A stretch of 64,000 nt of DNA from Candidatus Marinacidobacterales bacterium. GTDB lineage: Bacteria > Acidobacteriota > Vicinamibacteria > Marinacidobacterales > DATDRI01. The notes beneath the pieces were generated by a model that saw only the letters and a program-made list of their open reading frames with translations, had not been told where the DNA came from and ran no database searches. The DNA lies in contig OZ245365.1 in assembly GCA_965226495.1 (NCBI GenBank), forward strand, positions 3,872,001 through 3,936,000, written 5' to 3'. Position numbers and translations under genes: made by a program. Of this stretch, positions 10,351 through 20,068 are shown piece by piece. The first letter of the stretch is position 1. The number at the start of each line of letters is the position of its first letter.

Positions 10351-11880
10351 TCAATGGCCCCGGAAAGCTTCGAGGAGATCCGGATCGATCTTGCTCTTCA
10401 CGGTGCGACGATCGAGCGCCAAACGTCGTGCCGTCTCCTGGTAGTTCCCGGTTTGGGCATAAACGAGAGTGCAGTAGCGCGTCAAGAGCTCGTCAGCCGT
10501 GAGCTCACCTGCCGAGAGCGCTTCGACCAACCCGCGGCGTGGATCTTGCGAGGGAGTGCGGGGCGCCCGGTACTCGTTCCGGATGAGAATGTTCCGGACA
10601 CACTGCTCGAGCTCCCGCACGTTACCGGGCCAAGGATAGTCTCGCTCTAGGTGCCCTTCAATCCAGAGCTCGACCTCGCCCACCAATTTCTCCGCCTCCT
10701 CGGGACCGGCGATACGCTGAGCTATAAATAGCACCAGATTCCTCAACTCCTCGGGTGAATCGGCCAGCTGTTCTCGAAGCGACGGCGTGACGATCAAATC
10801 GGAGCACAGTCGGTAGTAGAGGTCCTCCCGGAATCTCCCGCCTTTCATCTCTCGAGCCAGGTCGCGATTCGTGGCGGCAATGACCTTTCCCTGGAACTTC
10901 CGACTCGTCGTTTCACCCAGCCGCTGGAACTCGCGGGTTTCCAGGACGCGTAGGAGCTTCACTTGGATCGAGCCATCGAGCTCTCCGATCTCGTCCAGAA
11001 AAACGGTTCCCAAGGGCGGGCAGACCTCGAGCCAACCGGAGCGGTCCTGGAGGGCACCGGTGAAGGCCCCTTTTCGAGAGCCGAAGAGCTCCGACTCGAT
11101 CAGCGTTGGAGACAAAGCGGAGAGGTTGAGAGGGAGAAAGGCATCCGCAGTATCGGAAACGAAGCTACCGTTTCCGGTATCGAAGGGTACGTACCGCGAA
11201 AGGCCGATGGCGCGGGCGACCAGCTCTTTACCCGTGCCCGAGGGACCGGTGACCAGGGTCGTCACATCCCTCATGCGCTGATAGAGCGTTCGACGGTAGC
11301 GTCGGAAGTCGTGCGTGAAGATCGACTGCCAGACGGCGGCACGGAGACGAGCCGCGGGCGCCGAAGCTCCCACGATGTAGTTGAACGTGTGATAGAAGGC
11401 GCGGCGAATCTGAAAGAAGACCGCGAACAAGTGGGCGATCTCCGCGGTCGACGGCGCGCCAGCTCCGGGCAACCCTAGGTAGTGCTGTGCGTCCCGGACG
11501 AACTTGGAGAAGAACCGGACTCGGCCACCCCCGGCCTTCTCGGTAATGATGGCCTTGTAGTCGTCCTCGTAACGGAAGTAGAGGAGGTAGAGAACGAGAT
11601 CTTCGTAGAGTTCTCTCTCCTCAGCCTTCATCTTTACTTGCTGCGTCAGGCGGCTGCGTAGCCCGTCAGCGAGGTCCGTGGTCCGCTGGCCCAGCCGGTT
11701 GACGTTGGGGTTGTGCTTTCTACCATCCGGCTGAACACTCCAAACGGAGCTGAGCGGCACGAAATCCTCGCCCAGTGCCTCCCGCTCACAAGCGATCCGC
11801 TCCGGCAGGAACGGGTTGCAGTATGCCAGCCTAGAAATCGCCCCTGCGAAGGCCTTTTCCTCGCTTCTCAGGAAAGCCAT
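10351..11880 (-). CDS. Sigma-54-dependent enhancer-binding protein with unrecognised N-terminal domain and Fis-type HTH
   Basis: GPSGTGKE, ESELFG..GAFTGA, FLDEIGE, FREDLYYRL, WPGNVRELE and C-terminal NYQETARRLALDRRTV. ATG 11880 has GAGGAG upstream. Confidence 0.93.
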   Translation of the reverse strand: MAFLRSEEKAFAGAISRLAYCNPFLPERIACEREALGEDFVPLSSVWSVQPDGRKHNPNVNRLGQRTTDLADGLRSRLTQQVKMKAEERELYEDLVLYLLYFRYEDDYKAIITEKAGGGRVRFFSKFVRDAQHYLGLPGAGAPSTAEIAHLFAVFFQIRRAFYHTFNYIVGASAPAARLRAAVWQSIFTHDFRRYRRTLYQRMRDVTTLVTGPSGTGKELVARAIGLSRYVPFDTGNGSFVSDTADAFLPLNLSALSPTLIESELFGSRKGAFTGALQDRSGWLEVCPPLGTVFLDEIGELDGSIQVKLLRVLETREFQRLGETTSRKFQGKVIAATNRDLAREMKGGRFREDLYYRLCSDLIVTPSLREQLADSPEELRNLVLFIAQRIAGPEEAEKLVGEVELWIEGHLERDYPWPGNVRELEQCVRNILIRNEYRAPRTPSQDPRRGLVEALSAGELTADELLTRYCTLVYAQTGNYQETARRLALDRRTVKSKIDPDLLEAFRGH

Positions 11881-11892
11881 AAACAATCTCCT

Positions 11893-11913
11893 CGTGTACA
11901 TAAAATGTACACG
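11893..11913. promoter_or_regulatory. Inverted repeat, candidate upstream activator site
   Basis: CGTGTACA-taaaa-TGTACACG, perfect 8-bp arms, about 110-130 bp upstream of the sigma-54 promoter. Confidence 0.6.
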
Positions 11914-11956
11914 CCCCCTCACAAAACGTCAATGGCTGAACCGCTACCAAGTGGGT

Positions 11957-11977
11957 GGCACTTGTCGGAAAAGTGCC
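11957..11977. promoter_or_regulatory. Second inverted repeat, candidate regulator site
   Basis: GGCACTT-gtcggaa-AAGTGCC, perfect 7-bp arms. Confidence 0.5.
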
Positions 11978-12019
11978 TAACCCCTTTCTTGTTAGTTGGA
12001 TATCGAGTGAGGCGGGTCA

Positions 12020-12035
12020 TGGCATGCCTCCTGCT
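12020..12035 (+). promoter_or_regulatory. Sigma-54 (-24/-12) promoter
   Basis: TGGCATGCCTCCTGCT has GG-N10-GC spacing and closely matches TGGCACG-N4-TTGCW. It lies about 30 bp upstream of the VIT gene start and next to a divergent bEBP gene. Confidence 0.78.
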
Positions 12036-12064
12036 CTTAGAGCAGTCGTTAGGGAGGTGCTGCA

Positions 12065-14077
12065 ATGTTCAAAGGAAAGCTCGGAATCTGGATTTTGGGA
12101 ATCGTCACTCTACTAGGTGGAAGCCGAATCGAAGCGGCCGGGAACTTGACCCCGCGCGACTCCGATCACGCCGCCATCCAAATCCTGAACCATCACGTCA
12201 ACGTCACCATCAACAACGGCTTCGCTCAGACGGAGGTGATTCAAACTTTCTACAATCCGAACGGCGTGGATCTCGAGGCCATCTACTCGTTCCCCCTCCC
12301 GAAGAGCGCGAGCCTCTCGGAAATGACCATCTACGTGGGCGAGCTCGAGATCGAGGGAGAGGTGCTGGAGAAAGAAGAAGCGACTCGGATTTACGAGGAA
12401 GAGCGCGACCAAGGCGGAAACGCCGGGCTCGCCTCAAAGAACGGCTACCAGACATTCGAATTCGCGGTCTCGCCGGTTCGGGCCCAAGACGAGACGCGGA
12501 TTCGTTTCGTCTACTACCAACCGCTCGAGATCGACACCGGCGTGGGCCGATACATTTATCCTCTCGAAGAAGGCGGTACCGACGACCTGGCGGCCAGTTT
12601 CTGGACTTCCAACGAAAAAGTCGAGGCCGACTTTTCCGTCAACCTGGAGTTGAAATCTGCCTGGCCGGTCGCCGACGTTCGAGTTCCCGGTTTCGAGGCC
12701 GACGCGCAAATCACCGAAACCGCAGGCGACCACTACCAAGTGAAGTTGGAACAACAAGGCGTTTCGCTCAATCGTGATTTCGTCTTTTACTACCGGCTAC
12801 AGGACGACCTGCCGGGCCGCGTCGAGCTCGTCGCCTATCGTGCGGACGAAACGAAACCCGGAACCTTCATGATGGTCGTGACGCCAGGCCTCGACCTACA
12901 ACCACTCAATCGCGGCGCGGACTACACGTTCGTGCTCGATGTGTCCGGCAGCATGGAAGGCAAGATCCACGCGCTTGCAGAAGGTGTGATCCAAGGACTC
13001 GGAGAGCTCAGTCCCGACGACCGATTTCGCATCATTACGTTCAACAATCGGGCCCGCCATCTGACCCGCGGCTGGCTACCGGCGACCCCAGACAACGTCC
13101 ATGTCGCGGTCGGCTTCGTGAAGTCGCTGAAACCCGGTGGGGGAACGAATCTCTACGACGGACTCTCCATGGGACTCGAGGATCTGGACGACGATCGGGC
13201 CTCCAGTATCGTGCTCGTGACGGACGCGGTCACCAACACTGGCATCGTGGATCCTAAGGAGTTTCATCAGCTCATGCAGAAAGTAGACGTTCGGGTTTTC
13301 AGTTTCCTCATGGGAAACAATGCGAACTGGCCGTTGATGCGCACCATCACCGACGCGAGTGGAGGCTTTTGGAAGTCGGTCTCCAACTCCGACGACATCA
13401 TCGGCGAAATCTTATTGGCCAAGAGCAAGATCACTCATGAGAGCCTACACGATGCCCAGATCAAAGTGAGTGGTGTGAAAGTTTTCGACGCCACCGACGA
13501 AATGATCGGAAAGATCTATCGCGGGCAGCAACTGGTCCTGTTCGGGCGCTACGAGAAAGGTGGCAAGGCGAACCTAACGCTGGATGCTCGCATGACCGGC
13601 GAGGACAAGACCTATTCGACGAGCTTCGACTTTCCGGACACCGATACCGACAACCCCGAGATCGAAAGGCTCTGGGCGCTCAATCGTATCGAGACGGTGG
13701 AGGCCAAGCAAAACGCAGGCTTCCTCCCAGAGAATGAAGCCCGGCAGGCAATCGTCGACATGGGTCTCGCCTACCAACTCGTCACCGACCATACCTCGAT
13801 GGTCGTCCTCTCCGATGAGAGCTTCGCAAAGCGTGGAATCGACAGAAGGAATCAACGCCGAACCGCAGCCGAGCGCAAGGCCCAGGCGGTTCGAAGCAAC
13901 CAGGCACCGACCAACCGACGTGTGGATCATTCGTCACCCATGTTCAAACACCGCGCCCCGCGGCCCAAGGGGCGCGGCGGCAGCGGAGCCATCGATCCCT
14001 TGACCGGAACGATGGCACTTGGTCTGGTCGGCTGGGCGCTCGCTGCGCGCCGGCGCAGGAAGACTCTCGATCGGTAG
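12065..14077 (+). CDS. Secreted VIT + vWA domain protein with GlyGly-CTERM sorting tail
   Basis: Signal peptide; VIT (AQTEVIQTFYNP..EAIYSFPLP); vWA MIDAS (FVLDVSGSM, GGTN, IVLVTD); C-terminus GGSGAIDP + hydrophobic helix + RRRRK. Confidence 0.9.
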   Translation: MFKGKLGIWILGIVTLLGGSRIEAAGNLTPRDSDHAAIQILNHHVNVTINNGFAQTEVIQTFYNPNGVDLEAIYSFPLPKSASLSEMTIYVGELEIEGEVLEKEEATRIYEEERDQGGNAGLASKNGYQTFEFAVSPVRAQDETRIRFVYYQPLEIDTGVGRYIYPLEEGGTDDLAASFWTSNEKVEADFSVNLELKSAWPVADVRVPGFEADAQITETAGDHYQVKLEQQGVSLNRDFVFYYRLQDDLPGRVELVAYRADETKPGTFMMVVTPGLDLQPLNRGADYTFVLDVSGSMEGKIHALAEGVIQGLGELSPDDRFRIITFNNRARHLTRGWLPATPDNVHVAVGFVKSLKPGGGTNLYDGLSMGLEDLDDDRASSIVLVTDAVTNTGIVDPKEFHQLMQKVDVRVFSFLMGNNANWPLMRTITDASGGFWKSVSNSDDIIGEILLAKSKITHESLHDAQIKVSGVKVFDATDEMIGKIYRGQQLVLFGRYEKGGKANLTLDARMTGEDKTYSTSFDFPDTDTDNPEIERLWALNRIETVEAKQNAGFLPENEARQAIVDMGLAYQLVTDHTSMVVLSDESFAKRGIDRRNQRRTAAERKAQAVRSNQAPTNRRVDHSSPMFKHRAPRPKGRGGSGAIDPLTGTMALGLVGWALAARRRRKTLDR

Positions 14078-14081
14078 GCCG

Positions 14082-14759
14082 ATGAAGTTGAGATCACTTG
14101 GTCATGCAGCGAGGCGCATTCCGTGCGCCTCGCTGCTCCTCGGGGCACTCGCCGTCGTCGTCTACCTAATTCCAGCACTGAGTGAAGCTCTTCAGTACGA
14201 TCGTCAGGCCGTCCTAAGGGGCGAGCTTTGGAGGATCGTGACTTGCCATTGGACGCATTGGTCGCTCGATCACTTGCTATGGGATCTCGCGGTCTTCGTG
14301 GGACTGGGTGCGGCTTGCGAGCAGATGAATGCGTCACGCTACCTTGTATGTCTATCGGCCACCGCGATCCTCATACCCCTTGCGGTCGTGATCCTCTTGC
14401 CCGACATGGAAACCTATCGCGGCTTATCAGGGCTCGACTCGGCTCTCTTCGTTCTCCTCGCCGCTCCCATCCTCGCGGAGAAGCTCAAGGAGAGAAGTTG
14501 GGGATGGGTGACCCTCGGCGTGGGATTTTTCGTGGGTTTTCTTCTAAAGACAGCCTACGAGTTGGCAACCGGTGCGGCGGTCTTCGTCTCTAGCCCCACC
14601 GATATCGCGTCGGTCCCGTTGGCTCACGCGGTCGGAGCGGCGGTTGGAATACTCATGGTCCTCGATGGGGGCGGATTAGGAACAACGCCGCGCCGCCGAG
14701 CAGGTATAGCTTGCGCCGATGAGACCTCTGACGCCACCAGAGATCTCGCTCCCGCCTGA
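14082..14759 (+). CDS. rrtA: Rhombosortase (rhomboid family intramembrane serine protease)
   Basis: YDRQAVLRGELWRIVTCHWTHWSLDHLLWD, catalytic YRGLSG, and LAHAVGA. Starts 4 bp after the GlyGly-CTERM gene. Confidence 0.88.
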   Translation: MKLRSLGHAARRIPCASLLLGALAVVVYLIPALSEALQYDRQAVLRGELWRIVTCHWTHWSLDHLLWDLAVFVGLGAACEQMNASRYLVCLSATAILIPLAVVILLPDMETYRGLSGLDSALFVLLAAPILAEKLKERSWGWVTLGVGFFVGFLLKTAYELATGAAVFVSSPTDIASVPLAHAVGAAVGILMVLDGGGLGTTPRRRAGIACADETSDATRDLAPA

Positions 14760-14776
14760 CACGCTCAAAGCTCTTT

Positions 14777-16369
14777 GTGCTAACCTCCGTGACAACTGCG
14801 GAGGGCTTTCCGTTGCTCCTCGATTTCGGAATCATCGCCAGCTATTTTCTGATCGTTCTCTTCATCGGATTGTGGTCCCGAGTGGGCAAGGACGTTACTC
14901 CCGATCAGTACTTCCTCAGCTCGCGCTCGCTCAAGTGGCCTTCCATAGCCATCTCCACCATCGCAACGAATATCCATGCCGGACACTTCATCGGAATGAC
15001 TGGCTCGGCGTATCTCTACGGTTTGGCGCAAGCGAACCTCGAGATCAACGCCATCCTCGGCATTGTCATCGCCACACTCTTCTTCGTGCCGCTATTTCTG
15101 CGACAACGAGTCACGACGATCACCCAGTTCCTCGAGAACAAACTGGGACCCTATGTTGCCCTGGCCTACTCCTCGTTCATGATCCTCCTGTACGGGTTCT
15201 TGTTCCTGGGCTCGGCCCTCTTTTGGGCTTCCTATGCGATCGATGGACTGTTCGGCGAGCTCATCGGAACCTCGGCTCTCGCCCCCCCCTGGGGTCTTTT
15301 TGCCTTGGCCATCGTCCTGGCAGCGTTCTCCGCCTTTTACACTTACTTAGGAGGCCTCCGGGCGGTAGTTCGCACCGATGTGGTTCAGTTCGTCCTGCTC
15401 CTCGGTGGTGGACTGGTCACAGTTTTCTTCGCCATCAAAGCGCTGGGTGGATGGCCGGAGCTCTGGTCCCAAACCCCGCAACTGATGCACCTGCACTTGC
15501 CGCGGGATCACGAAGCGCTGCCCTGGATCGGGCTCTTCGGCATGAACCTCCTCAATCTGAACTATTGGGGAGCCAATCAAGTCATTCTGCAGAGGGCGCT
15601 GGCAGCCAAAGACCTTCGACAGGCTCAAATCGGCCTCTTGGTGGGCGGCGCCGTCAAATACGTCATGGTCGTGATCGTGATCGTTCCGGGAATCGCGCTC
15701 GCCGGAATCCTCCGAGACGATCCGCTCGAAGATCCCGATCAAGCGTATCTGACTCTGGTGAAGACTCTCCTACCGGTGGGCCTCCGGGGGCTCGTCCTCT
15801 GCGGTCTTTTTGCTTCGTTGATGAGCACGGTCGACTCCATCTACAACTCGGTGTCCACCATGTGGTCGGTGGACATCTACAAGAGGCACTTGAGACCGGA
15901 GGCGAGCAATTCTCAGATGGTGCGGGCCGCCCGAGTGGCCATGGTCGGCACGATGCTCTGCGGCTTGGCTTTCGCGTTCATGATGATCAACGCGAAGCTC
16001 GGCAGTCAATCGTCGGCTTTCACGCACTGGTTCAACGAGCTCTCCTACTACGTCAAGAACGGTTTCGTGTTGCTCATTCTGGCGGCCGTCCTTCTCATCA
16101 AGCCGGCTAGAGCTCTCGTTCTGATCGTTCTAATCTCGAGCGGCTTGCTGTACTACGTTTTGAGCTTGGCTTTTCCAGCTATGAATTACTTCGTCCGCTC
16201 GGGCTGGGTCATCGTGGCGAGCTTTGCGATCGTCGCCATTCCCACTGTCTACAAGAACGGTTGGCGGTTGCCCGAAGGTAACTTCGTCGAGGTTTCTCAT
16301 CCGCGGGTGGGGCACTTTGCGCTTGCCCTACTCGCTTCGCTCGTCTTCTGTCACATCGTCTTTCATTGA
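14777..16369 (+). CDS. Sodium:solute symporter (SSS/SLC5, sugar or inositol type)
   Basis: YFLSSRSLKWP, IATNIHAGHFIG, YTYLGGLRAVVRTD, YWGANQVILQRALAAK, ASLMSTVDS; many TM helices. Confidence 0.9.
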   Translation: MLTSVTTAEGFPLLLDFGIIASYFLIVLFIGLWSRVGKDVTPDQYFLSSRSLKWPSIAISTIATNIHAGHFIGMTGSAYLYGLAQANLEINAILGIVIATLFFVPLFLRQRVTTITQFLENKLGPYVALAYSSFMILLYGFLFLGSALFWASYAIDGLFGELIGTSALAPPWGLFALAIVLAAFSAFYTYLGGLRAVVRTDVVQFVLLLGGGLVTVFFAIKALGGWPELWSQTPQLMHLHLPRDHEALPWIGLFGMNLLNLNYWGANQVILQRALAAKDLRQAQIGLLVGGAVKYVMVVIVIVPGIALAGILRDDPLEDPDQAYLTLVKTLLPVGLRGLVLCGLFASLMSTVDSIYNSVSTMWSVDIYKRHLRPEASNSQMVRAARVAMVGTMLCGLAFAFMMINAKLGSQSSAFTHWFNELSYYVKNGFVLLILAAVLLIKPARALVLIVLISSGLLYYVLSLAFPAMNYFVRSGWVIVASFAIVAIPTVYKNGWRLPEGNFVEVSHPRVGHFALALLASLVFCHIVFH

Positions 16370-16595
16370 GGCAGGGACATACTCTTCTGAATTGACTTGA
16401 CGTGCGGGTTCTTTTGATGCATTGTGAGGCCGCCTTCGAGCTTTTGCCTGTTGAAATCACGCTGCAGGGGCTAACCTGAATCTCCTCAGGTAACCAAGCA
16501 GCGTCGGGGTCGCGCGGCAACCGAGACCGCTCTTCTTCAACTCGGCATCACACAACACGCCCCAGCTCAGCTGTCCCGGAGCGCGTGACTCTCCG

Positions 16596-17429
16596 GTGTT
16601 TCCAGGGAGGACGACTGTGAAGAGAGGACAGATCGCTGTTGCAAACGGGACCACCGAACACTTCTCGGTCATCGCACCACGCTACAGCGATCTCCGCACC
16701 ACCGACCCGGAAGTGATTACTTACCTCATTGAAAAGCTATCGGCCCGACGACCACTCCGCATCGTGGACGTCGGTTGCGGAAGCGGCCGGTACGATCTTG
16801 ACCTGCTTGCCCGGTTAGGCCAGACATCGAGCTTGATTTGTCTGGACTACAATTTCGAAATGCTCGGTACCCTTCACCAGGAGCTCCAACGGCAGTGCGT
16901 GACCGGCTACTCCGTGCTACGAGCTTCTGCGTGCGCTCTCCCTTTCCGCAAGCAACATTTGGATTCCGTGCTAACGTTCAACGCCCTCCATCACTTCAAC
17001 GTCCCGGCTTTCTTACGTGAATGCGCGCGCGTCGTGCGTCCCGACGGCTCGGTTCTCATCTATACGCGAACCCGCTCTCAAAATCGCGGCAGCATCTGGG
17101 GGCAGTATTTCCCTTTGTTCGCCGAAAGGGAGACGCGGCTCTTCGAGCTCTCCGAGCTCGAAGAGCTCGTTACAAAAACGCCGGGGCTCGATCTCGAGGA
17201 GGTCCAGGAGTTCCCATTCGATCGTCTAGCCTCGCTCGATTGGCTGATCGAGCAGGCTACAAATCACCATTACTCAACGTTCGCGCTCTACGAGCCCGAC
17301 GAGCTCGTGAGGGCGATGGGGCAATTCAGGGAGAACGTCCGCCGCAACTACCGGGATCCGGCGCACGTGACTTGGCAAGACGCCAACACGCTACTCGTCG
17401 TTCGCCGAGCTCGCGACAGTTCCGCGTGA
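16596..17429 (+). CDS. Class I SAM-dependent methyltransferase (start uncertain)
   Basis: IVDVGCGSG motif I; ALPF..LDSV; NALHHF..ARVVRPDG. Confidence 0.85.
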   Translation: MFPGRTTVKRGQIAVANGTTEHFSVIAPRYSDLRTTDPEVITYLIEKLSARRPLRIVDVGCGSGRYDLDLLARLGQTSSLICLDYNFEMLGTLHQELQRQCVTGYSVLRASACALPFRKQHLDSVLTFNALHHFNVPAFLRECARVVRPDGSVLIYTRTRSQNRGSIWGQYFPLFAERETRLFELSELEELVTKTPGLDLEEVQEFPFDRLASLDWLIEQATNHHYSTFALYEPDELVRAMGQFRENVRRNYRDPAHVTWQDANTLLVVRRARDSSA

Positions 17430-17435
17430 AGAGGG

Positions 17436-18914
17436 TCAGAATTTTCGCGACCACTCCTTGGGCCAACGCTCCACGACGACCTTCGTCTGCGTAAAGAACT
17501 CGATCGCGTGGCGGCCTTGTGCGTGGAGGTCTCCGAAGAAGCTGTCTTTCCAGCCACTGAACGGAAAGAAAGCCATCGGCGCCGCAACGCCGACGTTGAT
17601 GCCGATGTTCCCTACCTGAGCGTCGTAGCGGAACTTGCGCGCCGCGGCTCCGCTGCTGGTGAAGAGGCAAGCCATGTTTCCATACGAACCGCCGTTGATG
17701 AAAGCGATCGCCTCTTCCACCGTTTCCACATGCATCAATCCCAGAACCGGCCCGAAGATCTCGGTGCGAGCGATCTCACTTTGGGGATTCACATTCTGCA
17801 GGACGGTCGGACCGACGAAGTTCCCTTTTTCGTATCCTGGAACGGAGGCTCCTCTGCCGTCCACAAGCAGGTCGGCTCCCTCGGCGGAACCCATTTCGAT
17901 CAACCCTTCGATCCGGGATTTGCTGTGGGTCGTAATCACCGGCCCCATCTGGACGCCGTCTTCCAGGCCGTAGCCAACGACGCGGGAAGAAGCCGCCTCG
18001 GCCAGCGCTTCCGTGAACGGATCGCGCGCCTCTCCAACGGTAATAGCGAGTGATGCGGCCAAGCACCGCTGCCCTGCGCAACCGAAGGCACTGTCCGCCG
18101 TGATGCGCGTCGTCATCTCCATGTCGGCATCGGGAAGAATAATGATGGGGTTCTTGGCTCCACCCTGACATTGGGCACGCTTCCCATTCGCCGTAGCTCG
18201 ACTATAGACGTAGCGAGCAACCGGTGTGGAGCCCACGAAACTGACGGCTCGAATATCCGGGTGGTCGAGGATGGCATCCACCGTCTCCTTGGAGCCGTTC
18301 ACCAGGTTGACAACGCCTTTGGGGAGCTTGATTTCGTCCAAAAGCTCGAAAACCTTCGCCATGGTGAGGGGCACTTTCTCCGAAGGCTTCAGTACGACGG
18401 TGTTCCCGCAAGCAATGGCATAGGGCAGGAACCAGAATGAGATCATCGCCGGAAAGTTGAAAGGCGCGATCACCGCCACCACGCCAACCGGTTGACGGAT
18501 CATCGACTCGTCGATGCCCGGGGCGATGTCTTCCAGATTCTGCCCTTGCATCATGGTCGGGATACCGCACGCGACCTCGACGTTCTCGATCGCCCGCCGC
18601 ACCTCACCCCGGGACTCCTCGAGTGTCTTACCGGACTCCATGGTGATGATCCGAGAAATCTCGTCTAACCTATCCTCCAGGAGAGCCTTCAGCTTGAAGA
18701 GATACTGAATACGTTCGCCAGCAGGTGTACGTCTCCAAGACTCGAACGCAACCGAAGCCGCACGGGTCGCTTCTTGAACGTCCAGGGCCGGGCTGAGCGG
18801 AACCTCCGCCAACACCTCCGTGGTGGCGGGGTCCAATACCTCGAGAGCCTCCGTGGCCTGTGAGTTTTTCCAACTGCCGTCAATATAATTGTTGAGAAAT
18901 TGGCTCACTCCCAT
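17436..18914 (-). CDS. mmsA: CoA-acylating (methyl)malonate-semialdehyde dehydrogenase
   Basis: [60 protein letters not shown]. Confidence 0.93.
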   Translation of the reverse strand: MGVSQFLNNYIDGSWKNSQATEALEVLDPATTEVLAEVPLSPALDVQEATRAASVAFESWRRTPAGERIQYLFKLKALLEDRLDEISRIITMESGKTLEESRGEVRRAIENVEVACGIPTMMQGQNLEDIAPGIDESMIRQPVGVVAVIAPFNFPAMISFWFLPYAIACGNTVVLKPSEKVPLTMAKVFELLDEIKLPKGVVNLVNGSKETVDAILDHPDIRAVSFVGSTPVARYVYSRATANGKRAQCQGGAKNPIIILPDADMEMTTRITADSAFGCAGQRCLAASLAITVGEARDPFTEALAEAASSRVVGYGLEDGVQMGPVITTHSKSRIEGLIEMGSAEGADLLVDGRGASVPGYEKGNFVGPTVLQNVNPQSEIARTEIFGPVLGLMHVETVEEAIAFINGGSYGNMACLFTSSGAAARKFRYDAQVGNIGINVGVAAPMAFFPFSGWKDSFFGDLHAQGRHAIEFFTQTKVVVERWPKEWSRKF

Positions 18915-19007
18915 TTCTCTGGTCCTCCAGAAACAGAACTTGTTTGTTTCGTCCAGTATAGCGTTGTTTTCCCTATGTTAGAATCGCAGCCATGCAGAGG
19001 GTGTCGC

Positions 19008-20018
19008 GTGGCTGATTTTCTTCCCCCGGGCAAGCTCAAGCCTCAACTGTTGCGGGATTTCCTGACACGACATGGTGTCTCCGATCCTCGGGTCTTGGTC
19101 GGACCCCAGATCGGAGAAGACGCGGCCGCGGTCGACCTAGGCGACCGTTACCTATTGCTCGCGTCCGACCCCATCACGTTCACGCCAGAGCGCATCGGTT
19201 GGTACGCGGTTCAGGTCAACGCCAACGACATCGCGGCGATGGGTGGCACACCCCTCTATTTTCTATCGACCGTCCTCTTGCCGGAACAGGCGACCACCGC
19301 CGACATGGCGGAGCGCATATTTGCCGATGTGGCGGAGGCCTGCCGTGAGATCGGTTGTACGCCGGTGGGGGGTCACACCGAGATCACGCCCGGCATCGAT
19401 CGACCCATCATGGCCGGCACGATGGTCGGCGAGGTCGAGCGGGACCGCCTCGTCACATCCTCCGGTGCGCAGCGGGGCGACATGTTGATCTTGACGAAAG
19501 GGATTGCCATCGAAGCGACCGCGATCCTGGCCCGAGAAAAGGCGGATGAAGTGATCGGCTCCCTGGGAGCGGATTTCCACAAGAAGGCGGTCGGGTTTCT
19601 CGACGATCCTGGTTTGTCAGTCCTCACTGCAGCGCGTGCCGCTTGCTCGGTCCCCGGTGTCCACGCGATGCACGACCCCACGGAAGGGGGAATCGCTAAT
19701 GCCCTCTGGGAACTGGCCGAAGCATCAGAAGTCGGACTGATCGTGAGCGAAACCGAGATCCCTCGCTACTGGGAGTCTACCGAGCTCGCAGGGCTCTTCA
19801 AGATCGATCTGCTCGGTGCGATCGCCTCGGGTGCCCTATTGCTCGCCACCGAGGAAAAGAAGACCCCCGCCATCTTGCAGAGCCTTAAAGACGCCGGAGT
19901 CGAGGCCAATGTCATCGGCCGAGTGGCCGAGCAGGACAAGGGTATCAAGCTCTTGCGGGGCGACCGCCCGATCGATCTTCCCCGCTTCGACGCCGACGAG
20001 CTCACCCGGATCCTTTAA
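19008..20018 (+). CDS. AIR synthase-related (HypE/PurM-like) protein
   Basis: PGKLKP, GPQIGEDAA, SDPITF, VNANDIAAMG, GGHTE, MHDPTEGG. Confidence 0.88.
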   Translation: MADFLPPGKLKPQLLRDFLTRHGVSDPRVLVGPQIGEDAAAVDLGDRYLLLASDPITFTPERIGWYAVQVNANDIAAMGGTPLYFLSTVLLPEQATTADMAERIFADVAEACREIGCTPVGGHTEITPGIDRPIMAGTMVGEVERDRLVTSSGAQRGDMLILTKGIAIEATAILAREKADEVIGSLGADFHKKAVGFLDDPGLSVLTAARAACSVPGVHAMHDPTEGGIANALWELAEASEVGLIVSETEIPRYWESTELAGLFKIDLLGAIASGALLLATEEKKTPAILQSLKDAGVEANVIGRVAEQDKGIKLLRGDRPIDLPRFDADELTRIL

Positions 20019-20068
20019 ATATCTTGGTCTATAATGGGGGTATCCCCCTGGGTCTCTGGAGAGCCTTT

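Noticed and set aside
11713-16110. Long alternative-frame ORFs (11713..12777, 14719..16110)
   Set aside because: Arg/Pro-rich, motif-free shadow ORFs overlapping well-supported genes, as expected at high GC.
19008-20018. Calling the AIR-synthase-like gene selD or hypE
   Set aside because: It lacks the N-terminal Cys/Sec-x-x-Lys motif of SelD and the C-terminal PRIC of HypE (it ends LTRIL).
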